In this document: positions 11,124 through 21,561 of the stretch, piece after piece | How positions within the stretch are numbered: the stretch's first letter is position 1 | Layout of the letters: each line of letters opens with the position of its first letter | Origin: Bacteroidota bacterium | Lineage (GTDB): Bacteria > Bacteroidota > Bacteroidia > NS11-12g > UBA9320 | Length of the DNA stretch: 64,000 nt | Assembly: GCA_947468275.1 (NCBI GenBank) | Contig: CANIKO010000016.1 | Location: 7,346 to 71,345, forward strand | Reading direction: 5' to 3' | Position numbers and translations under genes: made by a program | Notes under the pieces: model-generated | What the model was told of the DNA's origin: nothing | The model's input: the letters and a program-made list of their open reading frames with translations, nothing else | The model's database searches: none

Positions 11124-11964
11124 ATAACAATATACAAAGCGCTTTTTCCACTTCCCCCTCATTAATAAGGTCAATAGCCAACTCTTCCTTATTAACTGCT
11201 GCATAAAAAGTGCTTTTCACTTCTACTATTTTTTCTTCGGTTGGATAATGTTCTAAATTACCTAATCGCCCCAAATCATTCCCTGTAAGTATTTTACTAA
11301 AGCGAATATGTTCGGGTAAAGAATCTATTCCAATCCCAATCGTTGTTAATGGCTTTTGCACTTCAAACAAAGCCTCTCCATGCGCCCTACAATACCAATT
11401 GCCGCCCATACGAGCCACCTGATCTATTTTAGTTTGATCTATTTCATCATTCGCATCCAAAACAGATTCATTGATATGAATGCATTTTACTTTGCAAATT
11501 ATTAAATTACCTGCTCCTCCTAGCTCTCCAAGTTCTTTTACTTCTATGACCTCACACTCTATTTGTACAGGGCTTTCTTTTACTCTCCATGGTTTTACTG
11601 TTAATGATTCCACCGGTGTAAAACCAGATTTTATAAATTCATCCACACCTTTTCCATAAGGACTGCTGGTCAAACTCATTTGGTGAACCATGGAATAATT
11701 TACAATATTTATTACCACTTCGGCCACTTCCTTTACATTATCATGTGTATGCTTTGTTTCACCAGTTCGACCACTTCTCGCTGGAGAAAATATTAATATT
11801 GGCGGATTGGCACTAAAAACATTAAAAAAACTAAAAGGCGCCAAATTTCTGTTTCCATTTTTATCAATTGTACTTGCAAATGCTATTGGCCTTGGGCCAA
11901 CTGCTCCCAACAAATAATGATGTAGTTTTGGAACCGATATTTCGGAAGGAATGATGGTTTTCAT
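11122..11964 (-). CDS. Flavin reductase (DIM6/NTAB) family protein
   Basis: PRPIAFAST, NLAPFSFFN, VKESPVQIEC, RMGGNWY. Confidence 0.88.
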   Translation of the reverse strand: MKTIIPSEISVPKLHHYLLGAVGPRPIAFASTIDKNGNRNLAPFSFFNVFSANPPILIFSPARSGRTGETKHTHDNVKEVAEVVINIVNYSMVHQMSLTSSPYGKGVDEFIKSGFTPVESLTVKPWRVKESPVQIECEVIEVKELGELGGAGNLIICKVKCIHINESVLDANDEIDQTKIDQVARMGGNWYCRAHGEALFEVQKPLTTIGIGIDSLPEHIRFSKILTGNDLGRLGNLEHYPTEEKIVEVKSTFYAAVNKEELAIDLINEGEVEKALCILL

Positions 11965-11976
11965 AATATATTATTT

Positions 11977-12009
11977 AAACCTTTCAGGTTTTGTAAACTA
12001 CAAAGGTTT
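11977..12009. repeat. 33-nt REP-like imperfect palindrome
   Basis: aaaccttt-caggttttgtaaactac-aaaggttt, with 8-bp perfect outer arms, intergenic. Confidence 0.6.
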
Positions 12010-12018
12010 GTCGAAAAA

Positions 12019-13236
12019 TTAAACTAATAGCTTAACAGGTTCTTCTAAAAGTTCTTTTAGAGTATTCAAAAATTTGGAGCCTACCACTCCATCCACCACT
12101 CGGTGGTCGCAACTTAGGGTAACCTTCATGGTTTTAACTGGCTTCATTTCGCCATTCACAACCCCTACAGTATCTTTAACCCCGCCAACTGCCAAAATGC
12201 AGGCATCAGGAGGATTAATTATTGCGGTAAATTCTTCAATTCCAAACATACCAAGATTGCTGATGGTAAAGGTATTTCCTTGCCAATCAACAGGTTGAAG
12301 TTTTTTATCTTTTGCCTTTATTCCGTAGGCCTTTATTTCACTACTAATGGCCGAAAGATTTTTATGATTTACAAATCTTACCACAGGCACCAAAAGTCCA
12401 TCTTCCACTGCCATTGCTACACCTATATGAATATGATGATTATAGCGAATTTTCGTTCCTAACCATGATGAATTAACCGCAGGATGTTTTTGCAAAGCAA
12501 CTGCTGAAGCCTTTACCACCATATCATTTACTGATATTTTAACGTCTGAATAGTCGTTCATTTTTTCACGTGCCTCCATGGCTTTGTCCATGTTTATTTC
12601 CATAGTTAAATAAAAATGAGGAGCAGTAAATTTACTTTCAGCCAAACGGCCCGCAATTGTTTTACGCATTTGCGAAACATTAACTTCGTCATAACTTTCT
12701 ACCCATCCTGATGATGCAGAAGTTGTTTGCGCTGAAGGAGTATAATTTTCAATATCTCGCATTATAATTCTGCCATTATCGCCACTACCATTTATATTTT
12801 GAATATCAATTCCTTTATCCTGAGCTAATTTTTTGGCTAAAGGACTTGCTTTTATTCTATCGTCGCCAGAATTAATTATTGGCTGAAGTACTTCAGCAAT
12901 TTTAATTTCACTAATTGGTGTAGTTTCATTTTTTGAAGATGCTACTGCCTTTATTTCAGAAGTTGCAGCTCCATTAAGTAATACTGAATAATCCTCTCCA
13001 GCTTGGCCAATAACAGCAATTACAGAATCTACAGGAGTAGCTTCCCCTTCTTTAGCTTTTAAATGCAAGACTGTGCCTTTTACAAAATTTTCAAGCTCCA
13101 TGGTGGCCTTATCAGTTTCCACATCAGCAAGAATATCTCCTGTTTTTACAGTATCTCCTACTTTTACATTCCATTTTACAATAACACCCTCTTCCATAGT
13201 GTCACTCATTTTTGGTAAGCGAATTAATTCAGCCAT
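12019..13236 (-). CDS. pdhC: Pyruvate dehydrogenase E2 (dihydrolipoamide acetyltransferase), single lipoyl domain
   Basis: ETDKATME lipoyl site, ASPLAKKLA E3-binding domain, DHRVVDG. Confidence 0.93.
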   Translation of the reverse strand: MAELIRLPKMSDTMEEGVIVKWNVKVGDTVKTGDILADVETDKATMELENFVKGTVLHLKAKEGEATPVDSVIAVIGQAGEDYSVLLNGAATSEIKAVASSKNETTPISEIKIAEVLQPIINSGDDRIKASPLAKKLAQDKGIDIQNINGSGDNGRIIMRDIENYTPSAQTTSASSGWVESYDEVNVSQMRKTIAGRLAESKFTAPHFYLTMEINMDKAMEAREKMNDYSDVKISVNDMVVKASAVALQKHPAVNSSWLGTKIRYNHHIHIGVAMAVEDGLLVPVVRFVNHKNLSAISSEIKAYGIKAKDKKLQPVDWQGNTFTISNLGMFGIEEFTAIINPPDACILAVGGVKDTVGVVNGEMKPVKTMKVTLSCDHRVVDGVVGSKFLNTLKELLEEPVKLLV

Positions 13237-13250
13237 ATTTTTTTAGGTTG

Positions 13251-13258
13251 CAAAAGTA
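13251..13258 (-). promoter_or_regulatory. -7 box TACTTTTG for pdhC
   Basis: caaaagta on +, 14 nt above the ATG. Confidence 0.55.
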
Positions 13259-13280
13259 TAAAATTTATATGGCTATAAAA

Positions 13281-13637
13281 TCAATCTTCTTTTTTTAGGC
13301 CACATTCCCATTGCTTGGCTTTGTTTTTAGCAAATAAAAAAATAGTTTCGTTTCTATAATCTCTTGGGCCTTCATCATTAGGCAATGACCCGTTTTGATA
13401 GGTTCCCGATACAATTACCTTTACCTGCCAAACTTTTTTCTCCTTCCATTTTTTAACTTCCAAAATCTTAATCTCGGAAATGTTATAGGTGCCTGAACCA
13501 TCCTGATTTGAGAGTTCTGCATAATGGTGCCTAATACATTTATTCACACTTTTTGTATCCGGTTGCGATTGGCAAGACTGTATTAAAAACAACAGTGTTA
13601 ATACCATTCCTATTTTTAAATAACTTTTCATACCCAT
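13281..13637 (-). CDS. Hypothetical lipoprotein
   Basis: Basic N-terminus, hydrophobic stretch, IQSC lipobox. Confidence 0.6.
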   Translation of the reverse strand: MGMKSYLKIGMVLTLLFLIQSCQSQPDTKSVNKCIRHHYAELSNQDGSGTYNISEIKILEVKKWKEKKVWQVKVIVSGTYQNGSLPNDEGPRDYRNETIFLFAKNKAKQWECGLKKED

Positions 13638-13813
13638 TTATTTATCAAACAAATTTAAAGGTAAATATCAATCCAATGAAAACACATTCCTTTCTTTCTT
13701 TTAATAAGTTTTATACCTGCTTTCGTTGTTTTTTGTCTAAAATTAAATTTACTAAACACTTAACACATTACCTTTGGACTCTCCAATGCTTGTATTTTAC
13801 TCAAAATAAATTA

Positions 13814-16705
13814 ATGACGTGTAGTTCCATTCCCAATTCCAAGATATCAATTTGTGTAACTTTGCTTTGGCTATTTATCATTTTTTCTTCCAGCCATTTG
13901 CAGGCCCAATCCATTTTTATAGCAGGCAAAATTATAGACAAGCTAGCCACCCCCTTAACTGGAGCAACGGTAAAAGTGTTGAACAAAGATTCGGTTTTTA
14001 TAAAAGGAAGCGCTACCGATGAAAGAGGATTTTTCAGAATAGTAGATTTAAAATCAGGAACCATTATTATTAAAATTACATACTTAGGTTTTGAAGATTT
14101 ATTTTTAAATAAACAATTGGCAGACAAGCCACTTTTTCTTGGACCAATCGTTTTGAAAGAAAATTCAAAAACTTTAAAAGGAGCAACGGTTAGCGCACAA
14201 GTAAAAATGGCGGAAATAAAAGGCGACACCACTCAATATAATGCGGGAGCCTTTAAAACCAACCCAGATGCTACAACTGAAGATTTAGTAAAAAAAATGC
14301 CGGGCATTACCACCGAAGATGGAAAACTTAAATCGCAGGGAGAAGAAATAAAGACAGTATTGGTAGACGGAAAACCTTTTTTTGGGGATGACCCAAGTGC
14401 TGTATTAAAAAATCTTCCAGCCGAGGTGGTTGATAAAATTCAAGTGTTTGACCGTAAAAGTGACCAAAGTCAACTTACCGGCTTCGATGATGGTAATACG
14501 TCCAAATCGATTAATATTATAACGAAGGCCCAATTTAGAAATGGAACTTTCGGAAAAATATATTCTGGATATGGATACCAAAATAAATATAAAGCGGGAG
14601 AAAGTGTTAATTTTTTTAAGGATAAACGCCGAATTACAATTTTGACGAATGCCAACAATATAAATGAACAAAATTTTTCAGCCGAAGATTTGGTTGGAGT
14701 TATGAGTACTTCTTCAGGAGGAAATCAAAGGCCGGGAAGTCAAAGTGGAAGTTCATCATCCGGAGGTTCAAACAGAGGTGGAGGAAGACAGTCGGGCGGC
14801 CAAGGCAATGATGCCAATAATTTTTTAGTGGATCAAAAAAACGGAATTTCTACAACCAATGCTTTTGGAATAAACTATTCCAACGGTTGGAAAAAGCTTG
14901 ATATTTCGGGAAGCTATTTTTTAAACTATACCGAGAATAATTCGGTAAGTAATTTATTCCGTCAATTTGTAAGCAATGAAACCAAAGGTTTGAATTATTT
15001 AGAAAAAAGCACTTCCATCACTTATAATACTAACCACCGCATGAACCTTAAATTTGATTGGAAAATAAACTCTAAAAATTCTCTTATTTTTCAACCTAAA
15101 ATTTCTTACCAGTACAATGCAGGCAACAGTGATATCAATGGCTTAAACAAACTTTTAAATACCTCATTAAGTAGTTTAAGCAATATTTATAAAACACATC
15201 TTGGAGGTTCAAATATTTCGGCACCAATTTTATATAAACATTCATTTGCAAAAAAAGGAAGGTCACTTTCTGTAAATTTCAATCCCGGATACAACAACAA
15301 TAATGGTAACAGTCAACTTAATTATTTTACAACTAAATATTCTGACACTATATCATCTAAAGATACAATTAGTCAAACTGCAAATTTGGTAAAAGATGGT
15401 TTTGTGGTTTTGTCCAATGTTTCTTATTCAGAACCTATCAATGCGAAAAGCCAAGTTTTATTGACTTATAGCACTAATTTTAATGCTTCTGATTCAAAGA
15501 AAAATACCTTTAATATTTCAACGCCTATATATTCGGAGGTTTTGGACACCTCCTTGTCAAACACCTTTAATACTAAATATTTTTCTCAATCATTAGGAAC
15601 TAGTTACCGTTATCAGATTGATAAATGGAATTTTAACGGAGGTCTGGCTTTTCAGCTGGCACAATTAAAAAACAGTCAACATTTTCCACCAAAAGCACCT
15701 TTAGAAAAAACGTTTTACAGCGTTCTTCCAAATGCATCGTTTCAATACAAATTTACACTTCAAAAAAACTTGCGAATTAGTTATAATAGTTCAAACAATG
15801 CGCCATCAGCTGACCAATTACAAAATGTAATTAATAATAAAAACCCAATATTATTAACCACAGGTAATCCATACCTAAAACAAGATTGGCAAAACAATAT
15901 TAACTTTAGATATACTGCGGTTGATACCAAGAAAAACACAGCATTTTTTGCATTGCTAGGTGGTTCATTAACCAAAAACTATATTGTGAATAGTACTTTT
16001 ATAGCCTCCTATGATACTTTAATAGCCCCTACTATTCTTTTGTCTAAAGGCTCACAAATTTCAAAACCTATAAATATTGATGGGTATTATAATTTGCGGT
16101 CTTTTGTTAATTATTCGTTTCCAATTAATAAATTGAAATTAAAAATCAATTTAAATGCGGGTGGTTCGGTAAACAGAACACCGGCCTTAATAAATGAAAA
16201 AATAAATTATGCCGACAATTCCAATGTGAATGCAGGAGTTGCCATTACCAGTAATATCAGTACTTTATGGGATTTTACCCTTTCATCCAATACCAGTTAC
16301 AGTTTAATTACCAATTCGCTTCAAACCAGTTTAAACAGCAGTTATATTAACCAAAATACCCGTTTCAAAATTCAGGCCAATCCTTGGAAAGGTTTGGTAA
16401 TAGTTACCGACCTTAGTCATCAATATTATAATGGGCTCTCAGCCAGTTATAATCAAAATTTTATGCTTTGGAGTGCCGCTATTGGCTATAAATTTCTAAA
16501 GGAAAAACAAGCCGATTTGCGATTGAGTGTATATGATATATTGAAACAAAACAATAGTATATCCCGCACCACCAGTGAAACCTATTATCAGGATGTTCAA
16601 ACCAACATATTGCAGCGATATTTTATGCTCACCTTTACTTACAATCTTAAATTTTTTAAGGATGCAAAAAAATCCGGAGAAAATTCAACGCTTAAAGTAA
16701 AATAA
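13814..16705 (+). CDS. Outer-membrane beta-barrel / TonB-dependent receptor-like protein
   Basis: Likely start ATG 13814; CarboxypepD_reg-like domain, KGDTTQYNA, EDLVKKMPG, VLVDGKPFFGDDP, GNPYLK, RYFMLTFTYNL. Confidence 0.82.
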   Translation: MTCSSIPNSKISICVTLLWLFIIFSSSHLQAQSIFIAGKIIDKLATPLTGATVKVLNKDSVFIKGSATDERGFFRIVDLKSGTIIIKITYLGFEDLFLNKQLADKPLFLGPIVLKENSKTLKGATVSAQVKMAEIKGDTTQYNAGAFKTNPDATTEDLVKKMPGITTEDGKLKSQGEEIKTVLVDGKPFFGDDPSAVLKNLPAEVVDKIQVFDRKSDQSQLTGFDDGNTSKSINIITKAQFRNGTFGKIYSGYGYQNKYKAGESVNFFKDKRRITILTNANNINEQNFSAEDLVGVMSTSSGGNQRPGSQSGSSSSGGSNRGGGRQSGGQGNDANNFLVDQKNGISTTNAFGINYSNGWKKLDISGSYFLNYTENNSVSNLFRQFVSNETKGLNYLEKSTSITYNTNHRMNLKFDWKINSKNSLIFQPKISYQYNAGNSDINGLNKLLNTSLSSLSNIYKTHLGGSNISAPILYKHSFAKKGRSLSVNFNPGYNNNNGNSQLNYFTTKYSDTISSKDTISQTANLVKDGFVVLSNVSYSEPINAKSQVLLTYSTNFNASDSKKNTFNISTPIYSEVLDTSLSNTFNTKYFSQSLGTSYRYQIDKWNFNGGLAFQLAQLKNSQHFPPKAPLEKTFYSVLPNASFQYKFTLQKNLRISYNSSNNAPSADQLQNVINNKNPILLTTGNPYLKQDWQNNINFRYTAVDTKKNTAFFALLGGSLTKNYIVNSTFIASYDTLIAPTILLSKGSQISKPINIDGYYNLRSFVNYSFPINKLKLKINLNAGGSVNRTPALINEKINYADNSNVNAGVAITSNISTLWDFTLSSNTSYSLITNSLQTSLNSSYINQNTRFKIQANPWKGLVIVTDLSHQYYNGLSASYNQNFMLWSAAIGYKFLKEKQADLRLSVYDILKQNNSISRTTSETYYQDVQTNILQRYFMLTFTYNLKFFKDAKKSGENSTLKVK

Positions 16706-16715
16706 CTTCAGAAGG

Positions 16716-17216
16716 TTATTCATTCCAAATTTTGTCTGTAGTAACATTATGACAACTGTTGCATTCACCACTAATAATAGGAGATTGCATATATTTTTTA
16801 TTGCCATTATTTTGTTGATGCACAGGATATAAACCACCGGTAAAATTTATAGTTTCGGTAGTATAAAAATTACCTTTACCATCAACCTCTATTGTATATT
16901 TGAGAGTACCTTTACCATCAGGATCTGTATACAAAAATATTTTTCCATTAGGATTGCGTGAAGCTTTGTCAGATTTATAGACGGAGCCTGCAGCAGTAAA
17001 CCAACCTGGACCTTCACCACCTACACTATGGCACCTCATACAATTCTTTCCGTTATTATGGCTATTATCGTCTCCCACACTGCTTTTCATAGATACTTTC
17101 ATACCCATTTTATAATGACTGCATGATTCGATGGCAATTGCTATTGCAATTAAAATAATGCTTAATAAAATTATTTTCTTTATTGACACGTTTCTATTTT
17201 TTTTAAAGACGCACAA
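16716..17216 (-). CDS. Small diheme c-type cytochrome lipoprotein
   Basis: CMRCH and CNSCH heme-binding motifs; IESC lipobox-like signal; start uncertain. Confidence 0.7.
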   Translation of the reverse strand: MCVFKKNRNVSIKKIILLSIILIAIAIAIESCSHYKMGMKVSMKSSVGDDNSHNNGKNCMRCHSVGGEGPGWFTAAGSVYKSDKASRNPNGKIFLYTDPDGKGTLKYTIEVDGKGNFYTTETINFTGGLYPVHQQNNGNKKYMQSPIISGECNSCHNVTTDKIWNE

Positions 17217-17379
17217 AGTTAATACTTATTGCTGATGACATTTTATTTGACTGAAAGATTAGAATCATTTTATCTTCATAGTTATAAATCAAAAAAGCTT
17301 TTGATAACATTTTTTTATAACTAAGACTATTTTTATTTTAGGTTTGCGTTTATCAATCCTTATGCTTGATTGCTAAATA

Positions 17380-18285
17380 TTGAAACTTGTGAGCAATTAC
17401 CTAGATACACTTGAGTCAGAATCAATTTATATTTTTAGAGAGATTTATGGACAATTTAAAAAACCTGTACTGTTATTTTCTGGAGGCAAAGATTCAACAC
17501 TACTAATTCATTTAGCCCGAAAAGCACTATTTCCTGCAAATTCACCCTTTCCTCTTTTGCATATTGATACCGGTCATAACTTTAAGGAAGCACTTGATTT
17601 TAGAGATGAATTGGTAAGCAAGTTTGGCTTTAAACTGATTGTGCGAAAAGTGGAAGATACCATCAAAGAAAAAAATCTTGTTGATTCGACCGGTAAATTT
17701 CCAAGTAGAAATATTTTGCAGTCCATTACTTTATTGGATGCCATAAATGAGTTTGGTTTTGATGCTTGCATTGGTGGCGGACGAAGAGATGAAGAAAAAG
17801 CCAGAGCAAAGGAGCGAATATTTTCAATAAGGGATAAAAATGGAGCTTGGCAGCCCTATAACCAACGACCTGAATTATGGAAATTATTTAACGGAAAAAT
17901 TAATAAGGGTGAAAATGTGAGAGTGTTTCCTATTAGCAACTGGAGCGAACTGGATGTGTGGAATTATATACTTCGTGAAAAGATTGAACTACCTTCCTTA
18001 TATTTTGCTCATGACCGCGAGTGTATAAATTTTAATGGTAAACTAATAGCAGTTTCCGATTTTATTAATTTGGATGAAAATGATATAATTGAAAAGAAAA
18101 AAGTAAGGTACAGAACAGTTGGAGATATGACCTGCACCGCGGCAATAGAAAGCGAAGCTGCTAATATTGAACAAGTGATTGATGAAATTGCCTCATCCAA
18201 TATTAGTGAACGTGGCGAAACACGAATAGACGATCAATTTTCGGACGCAGCCATGGAAGATAGAAAATTACAAGGTTATTTTTAA
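17380..18285 (+). CDS. cysD: Sulfate adenylyltransferase subunit 2
   Basis: LESESIYIFRE, FSGGKDS, HIDTGHNF, GGGRRDEEKARAKER, RYRTVGD, C-terminal GYF. Confidence 0.96.
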   Translation: MKLVSNYLDTLESESIYIFREIYGQFKKPVLLFSGGKDSTLLIHLARKALFPANSPFPLLHIDTGHNFKEALDFRDELVSKFGFKLIVRKVEDTIKEKNLVDSTGKFPSRNILQSITLLDAINEFGFDACIGGGRRDEEKARAKERIFSIRDKNGAWQPYNQRPELWKLFNGKINKGENVRVFPISNWSELDVWNYILREKIELPSLYFAHDRECINFNGKLIAVSDFINLDENDIIEKKKVRYRTVGDMTCTAAIESEAANIEQVIDEIASSNISERGETRIDDQFSDAAMEDRKLQGYF

Positions 18286-18287
18286 AT

Positions 18288-19520
18288 TTGGATATACTTA
18301 GATTTATAACTGCAGGAAGCATTGATGATGGAAAAAGTACCCTCATTGGGAGATTGCTTTATGATATTGGCCAAATAAAATCGGATGTTATTCAATCTGT
18401 TTCTAAATCCAACAAAGCTGTAAATACTATAAATCTTGCACATATTACGGATGGCCTAAGAAGTGAACGGGAACAAGGAATAACAATCGATATAGCCTAT
18501 AAATATTTTACTACCCCGAATAGAAAATACATTATTACTGATGCTCCCGGTCATTTTCAATATACAAAAAATCTGGTAACCGGTGCCTCGGAAGTAGATG
18601 CTATGATTATTTTGATTGATGCGAATAATGGCATTACCGAGCAAACAAGACGACATTCATTAGTGGCTTCATTTCTTAATATCCCAAATGTGTTGGTGGC
18701 CATCAATAAGATGGATGATGTAGCTTACAGTGAAGAACAATTTACTTCCATTAAGAATCAATATTTGGTTATTGCTGAAAAATTAAAGCTTCAAAATATT
18801 TCCTTTTTCCCGATTAGTGCTTTGCTAGGTGATAATGTAAATTTAGCATCATCCAATATGATTTGGTATAAGGACAATACTCTTATGCAATGTTTGGAAA
18901 CTATAAATGCTAAAATAACAAACAACCATATTACACGATTTTCGGTGCAATGCGTTATTGAAACTAAAAACTTTGAAAAAGGATTTGCAGGAAAACTTAT
19001 ATCCGGAAATCTTAAAATCGGAGATTCAATTGAAATTAATCCGGAAAGAAAAAGTGCAATAATAAAAAATATAATTATTGGGAAATCATATAAAAATGAA
19101 GCCATGGCAGGTGATGATATTTGCCTTTATTTTGAAAATAGCATTGAGGCAAAAAGGGGGGATTTAATAAGTAAGTCCGCTAACGACTCACCGTTACTTT
19201 TTAGCAATAAATTGGAGACAACACTTTGTTGGCTTAATGAAGAAAAGCAATTGCAATCAGGAGAGGAGTATTTGTTAAGAATCAACTCGTTTGAAACAAA
19301 ATGCAGCATTACCAGTATTCTTCATAAAATTGATATTCAGTCTTTCGAAAAAAACACCGAAAAGAATTTATCCGGCATAAATGACTTTTTGGGAGTGATA
19401 ATTGAAACTGCTGAAGAAATTTCGTATGACCCTTTTTCAATATTACCTGAAACCGGCTGCGGAATACTTATTGATTTAAAAACAAATTATACTTCGGCGG
19501 CTTTTATTATTGAAAAATAA
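18288..19520 (+). CDS. cysN: Sulfate adenylyltransferase subunit 1 (GTPase), no fused APS kinase
   Basis: GSIDDGKSTLIGRL, EREQGITIDIAY, DAPGH, NKMD; TTG start. Confidence 0.94.
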   Translation: MDILRFITAGSIDDGKSTLIGRLLYDIGQIKSDVIQSVSKSNKAVNTINLAHITDGLRSEREQGITIDIAYKYFTTPNRKYIITDAPGHFQYTKNLVTGASEVDAMIILIDANNGITEQTRRHSLVASFLNIPNVLVAINKMDDVAYSEEQFTSIKNQYLVIAEKLKLQNISFFPISALLGDNVNLASSNMIWYKDNTLMQCLETINAKITNNHITRFSVQCVIETKNFEKGFAGKLISGNLKIGDSIEINPERKSAIIKNIIIGKSYKNEAMAGDDICLYFENSIEAKRGDLISKSANDSPLLFSNKLETTLCWLNEEKQLQSGEEYLLRINSFETKCSITSILHKIDIQSFEKNTEKNLSGINDFLGVIIETAEEISYDPFSILPETGCGILIDLKTNYTSAAFIIEK

Positions 19521-19548
19521 GGGTTGACAAATCCTATTTTTAAAACAC

Positions 19549-20250
19549 CTATTTCTTTTTAAAAAAATCAATAATTAATGTAGCACTTTCATCAACGCTT
19601 AGATTATTTGTATCTAAAATTATTTCCGGATTTAAGGGAGGATAGTAGGGTGCTGAAACTCCTGTAAAATCTTTTAATTCTCCGGATTGTGCTTTTTTAT
19701 AAAGTCCTTTTGGATCTCTTTCGATACAGACATCTAATTTTGTTGAAACGTATACCTCTATAAAATTAGAACACATTTTTCGTATTTCATTTCTGGTATC
19801 ATCATATGGTGAAATTAAGGATACAATAACTATGTTTCCCTGTTTTTCGAACAGAGAAGCAATATATCCTACATTTAAATTGTGCTTTTTTCTCGAATCT
19901 TCGTCAAATCCTTGCAGTTTTATGGCATGCCTAATTTCGTCACCATCCAAGATTACAGGTACAATGGATCTTTCTTTTAAGAGTTCAGTTAATTTGTTGG
20001 CTATGGTAGTTTTACCGGAACCACTTAACCCTGTTAACCAAATAACCGACGGCTTAACATCAAAACCGGTTAGTTTTTTCCAAAGAATATCAAAATAAGA
20101 ATAGGAAAATATTTTAACGAGTGTGTCTAATAACCCGATGGAAATGGCCGCAAGCAAATTTCCGGTAAGTATAAATGATATTACAAAGGTTATCAAAGTT
20201 GAAAACAACCTGTAAAAAACCGATTTCATTAATATTGATTTTTTTAACAT
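19549..20250 (-). CDS. cysC: Adenylyl-sulfate kinase with N-terminal DUF2061-like membrane domain
   Basis: WLTGLSGSGKTT, LDGD, SLISPY, RDPKGLYKKA, FTGVSAPY; about 60-aa hydrophobic N-domain. Confidence 0.92.
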   Translation of the reverse strand: MLKKSILMKSVFYRLFSTLITFVISFILTGNLLAAISIGLLDTLVKIFSYSYFDILWKKLTGFDVKPSVIWLTGLSGSGKTTIANKLTELLKERSIVPVILDGDEIRHAIKLQGFDEDSRKKHNLNVGYIASLFEKQGNIVIVSLISPYDDTRNEIRKMCSNFIEVYVSTKLDVCIERDPKGLYKKAQSGELKDFTGVSAPYYPPLNPEIILDTNNLSVDESATLIIDFFKKK

Positions 20251-21561
20251 TTACTTTTCTTTTAAAATTCTTGATTCCACTCTTCTGAATTTATTTCCGG
20301 CTGAATGTTCTATCGAATCGAAAAATAATAATTTGGTGGTTGTAATTCCATATTCCCCAAGTAATTCCTCAATTGCTCTTGTAAATTCAAGGATGCATTT
20401 TTCCTTTTGGTACAAATCTGTTTCCAAATAAATATGTAGTGTGTCAATATCTGTTTGAATAATCTTATAATTTTTAAACGTATCCGTTTGAATGGCAATC
20501 CTGCGGCAAATCAGGTCAGGATAAATCGAAACACTGCCTTTTTCAGAATGAAAAGTCAAAATATCATCGGCTCTTCCAACAATTTTTTCTAAAGCAATGA
20601 ACACCGAACCGCATTTGCATTTTTCCTTTTTTTCAATCAAAATATCATCTAATCGGTACCTAACCACGGGTTGGCTGCTTCTGCTAAAATCAGTGATGAT
20701 GGGATAAAACCGATTATCTTCAATCATTTCTTTTTCAACATGGATAATATCTTCGTTCAAATGCATCACACCGTATTTGCACGAAACCCCAAGAAATCCT
20801 TCTGTACATTGGTAAACTTCAGTTATTGGGCAATTAAAAGTTTCCTCTATTAATTTTTTATGTTCATTTTCTAATACCTCAGCAAATGAAATAATTTTTG
20901 TTGGCGAAACATTAAGCTTGCTTTTAATACTTAGTCTGCATAAATCCATAAGAACAGACGGTTGCGCAGCAATACTATTAGGATTAAATTGTTCAAGTTC
21001 TTCAGCTAGAATTTCCAAAGGTTTGAAAATATCAAAATATCTAAATTCAAACAGTGAAGAATTGACAGAAGTATAAAGATTATTATTGGCTCGCAGAAAA
21101 AAAGCAACCTTTTGACGTTTGAAAAGTTTTGGTTTTAATACACGTGTCATTACCATGGCTGTCCAGGCTGCACGTTCGTTTTCCGATACTATAAATATAC
21201 CCCGATGGCCGCTGGTTCCTGTAGAAAGTCCCACCGATATATTATTTATCACTGGGGCAAAGTCTCTTGTTTTTTCAGCTTCCAAGGCCACATTCATCGC
21301 TTCTTCAAGCTTTAACCCAACGGTGTTAATGCTATCAAATTGACCCATAAATTGTTTCTTTTGAATAACGGGAACATCGGTGAATGACTTAATATTTTTT
21401 ATATATGGTAAATAAAAAGGTGAATGAACTAAAACATTTGACACAAATTTTTTGAATGCCTTTTTCTGAAAATTTTCAAGTGATTCCCTATTTCTAAACG
21501 TTCCTCTAAAACGAAATCTTAGCCAATACTTTATAATTTTTAGTTTAAAAAGCATTCTCAA
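20251..21561 (-). CDS. F390 synthetase-related adenylate-forming enzyme (PaaK-like superfamily)
   Basis: GLSTGTSGHRG P-loop, EVYQCTEG, RYRLDD, GRADD. Confidence 0.85.
   Translation of the reverse strand: MRMLFKLKIIKYWLRFRFRGTFRNRESLENFQKKAFKKFVSNVLVHSPFYLPYIKNIKSFTDVPVIQKKQFMGQFDSINTVGLKLEEAMNVALEAEKTRDFAPVINNISVGLSTGTSGHRGIFIVSENERAAWTAMVMTRVLKPKLFKRQKVAFFLRANNNLYTSVNSSLFEFRYFDIFKPLEILAEELEQFNPNSIAAQPSVLMDLCRLSIKSKLNVSPTKIISFAEVLENEHKKLIEETFNCPITEVYQCTEGFLGVSCKYGVMHLNEDIIHVEKEMIEDNRFYPIITDFSRSSQPVVRYRLDDILIEKKEKCKCGSVFIALEKIVGRADDILTFHSEKGSVSIYPDLICRRIAIQTDTFKNYKIIQTDIDTLHIYLETDLYQKEKCILEFTRAIEELLGEYGITTTKLLFFDSIEHSAGNKFRRVESRILKEK

Noticed and set aside
13553-13813. Long N-terminal extension on the barrel protein
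   Set aside because: Overlaps the divergent lipoprotein gene; a signal peptide appears only after ATG 13814.
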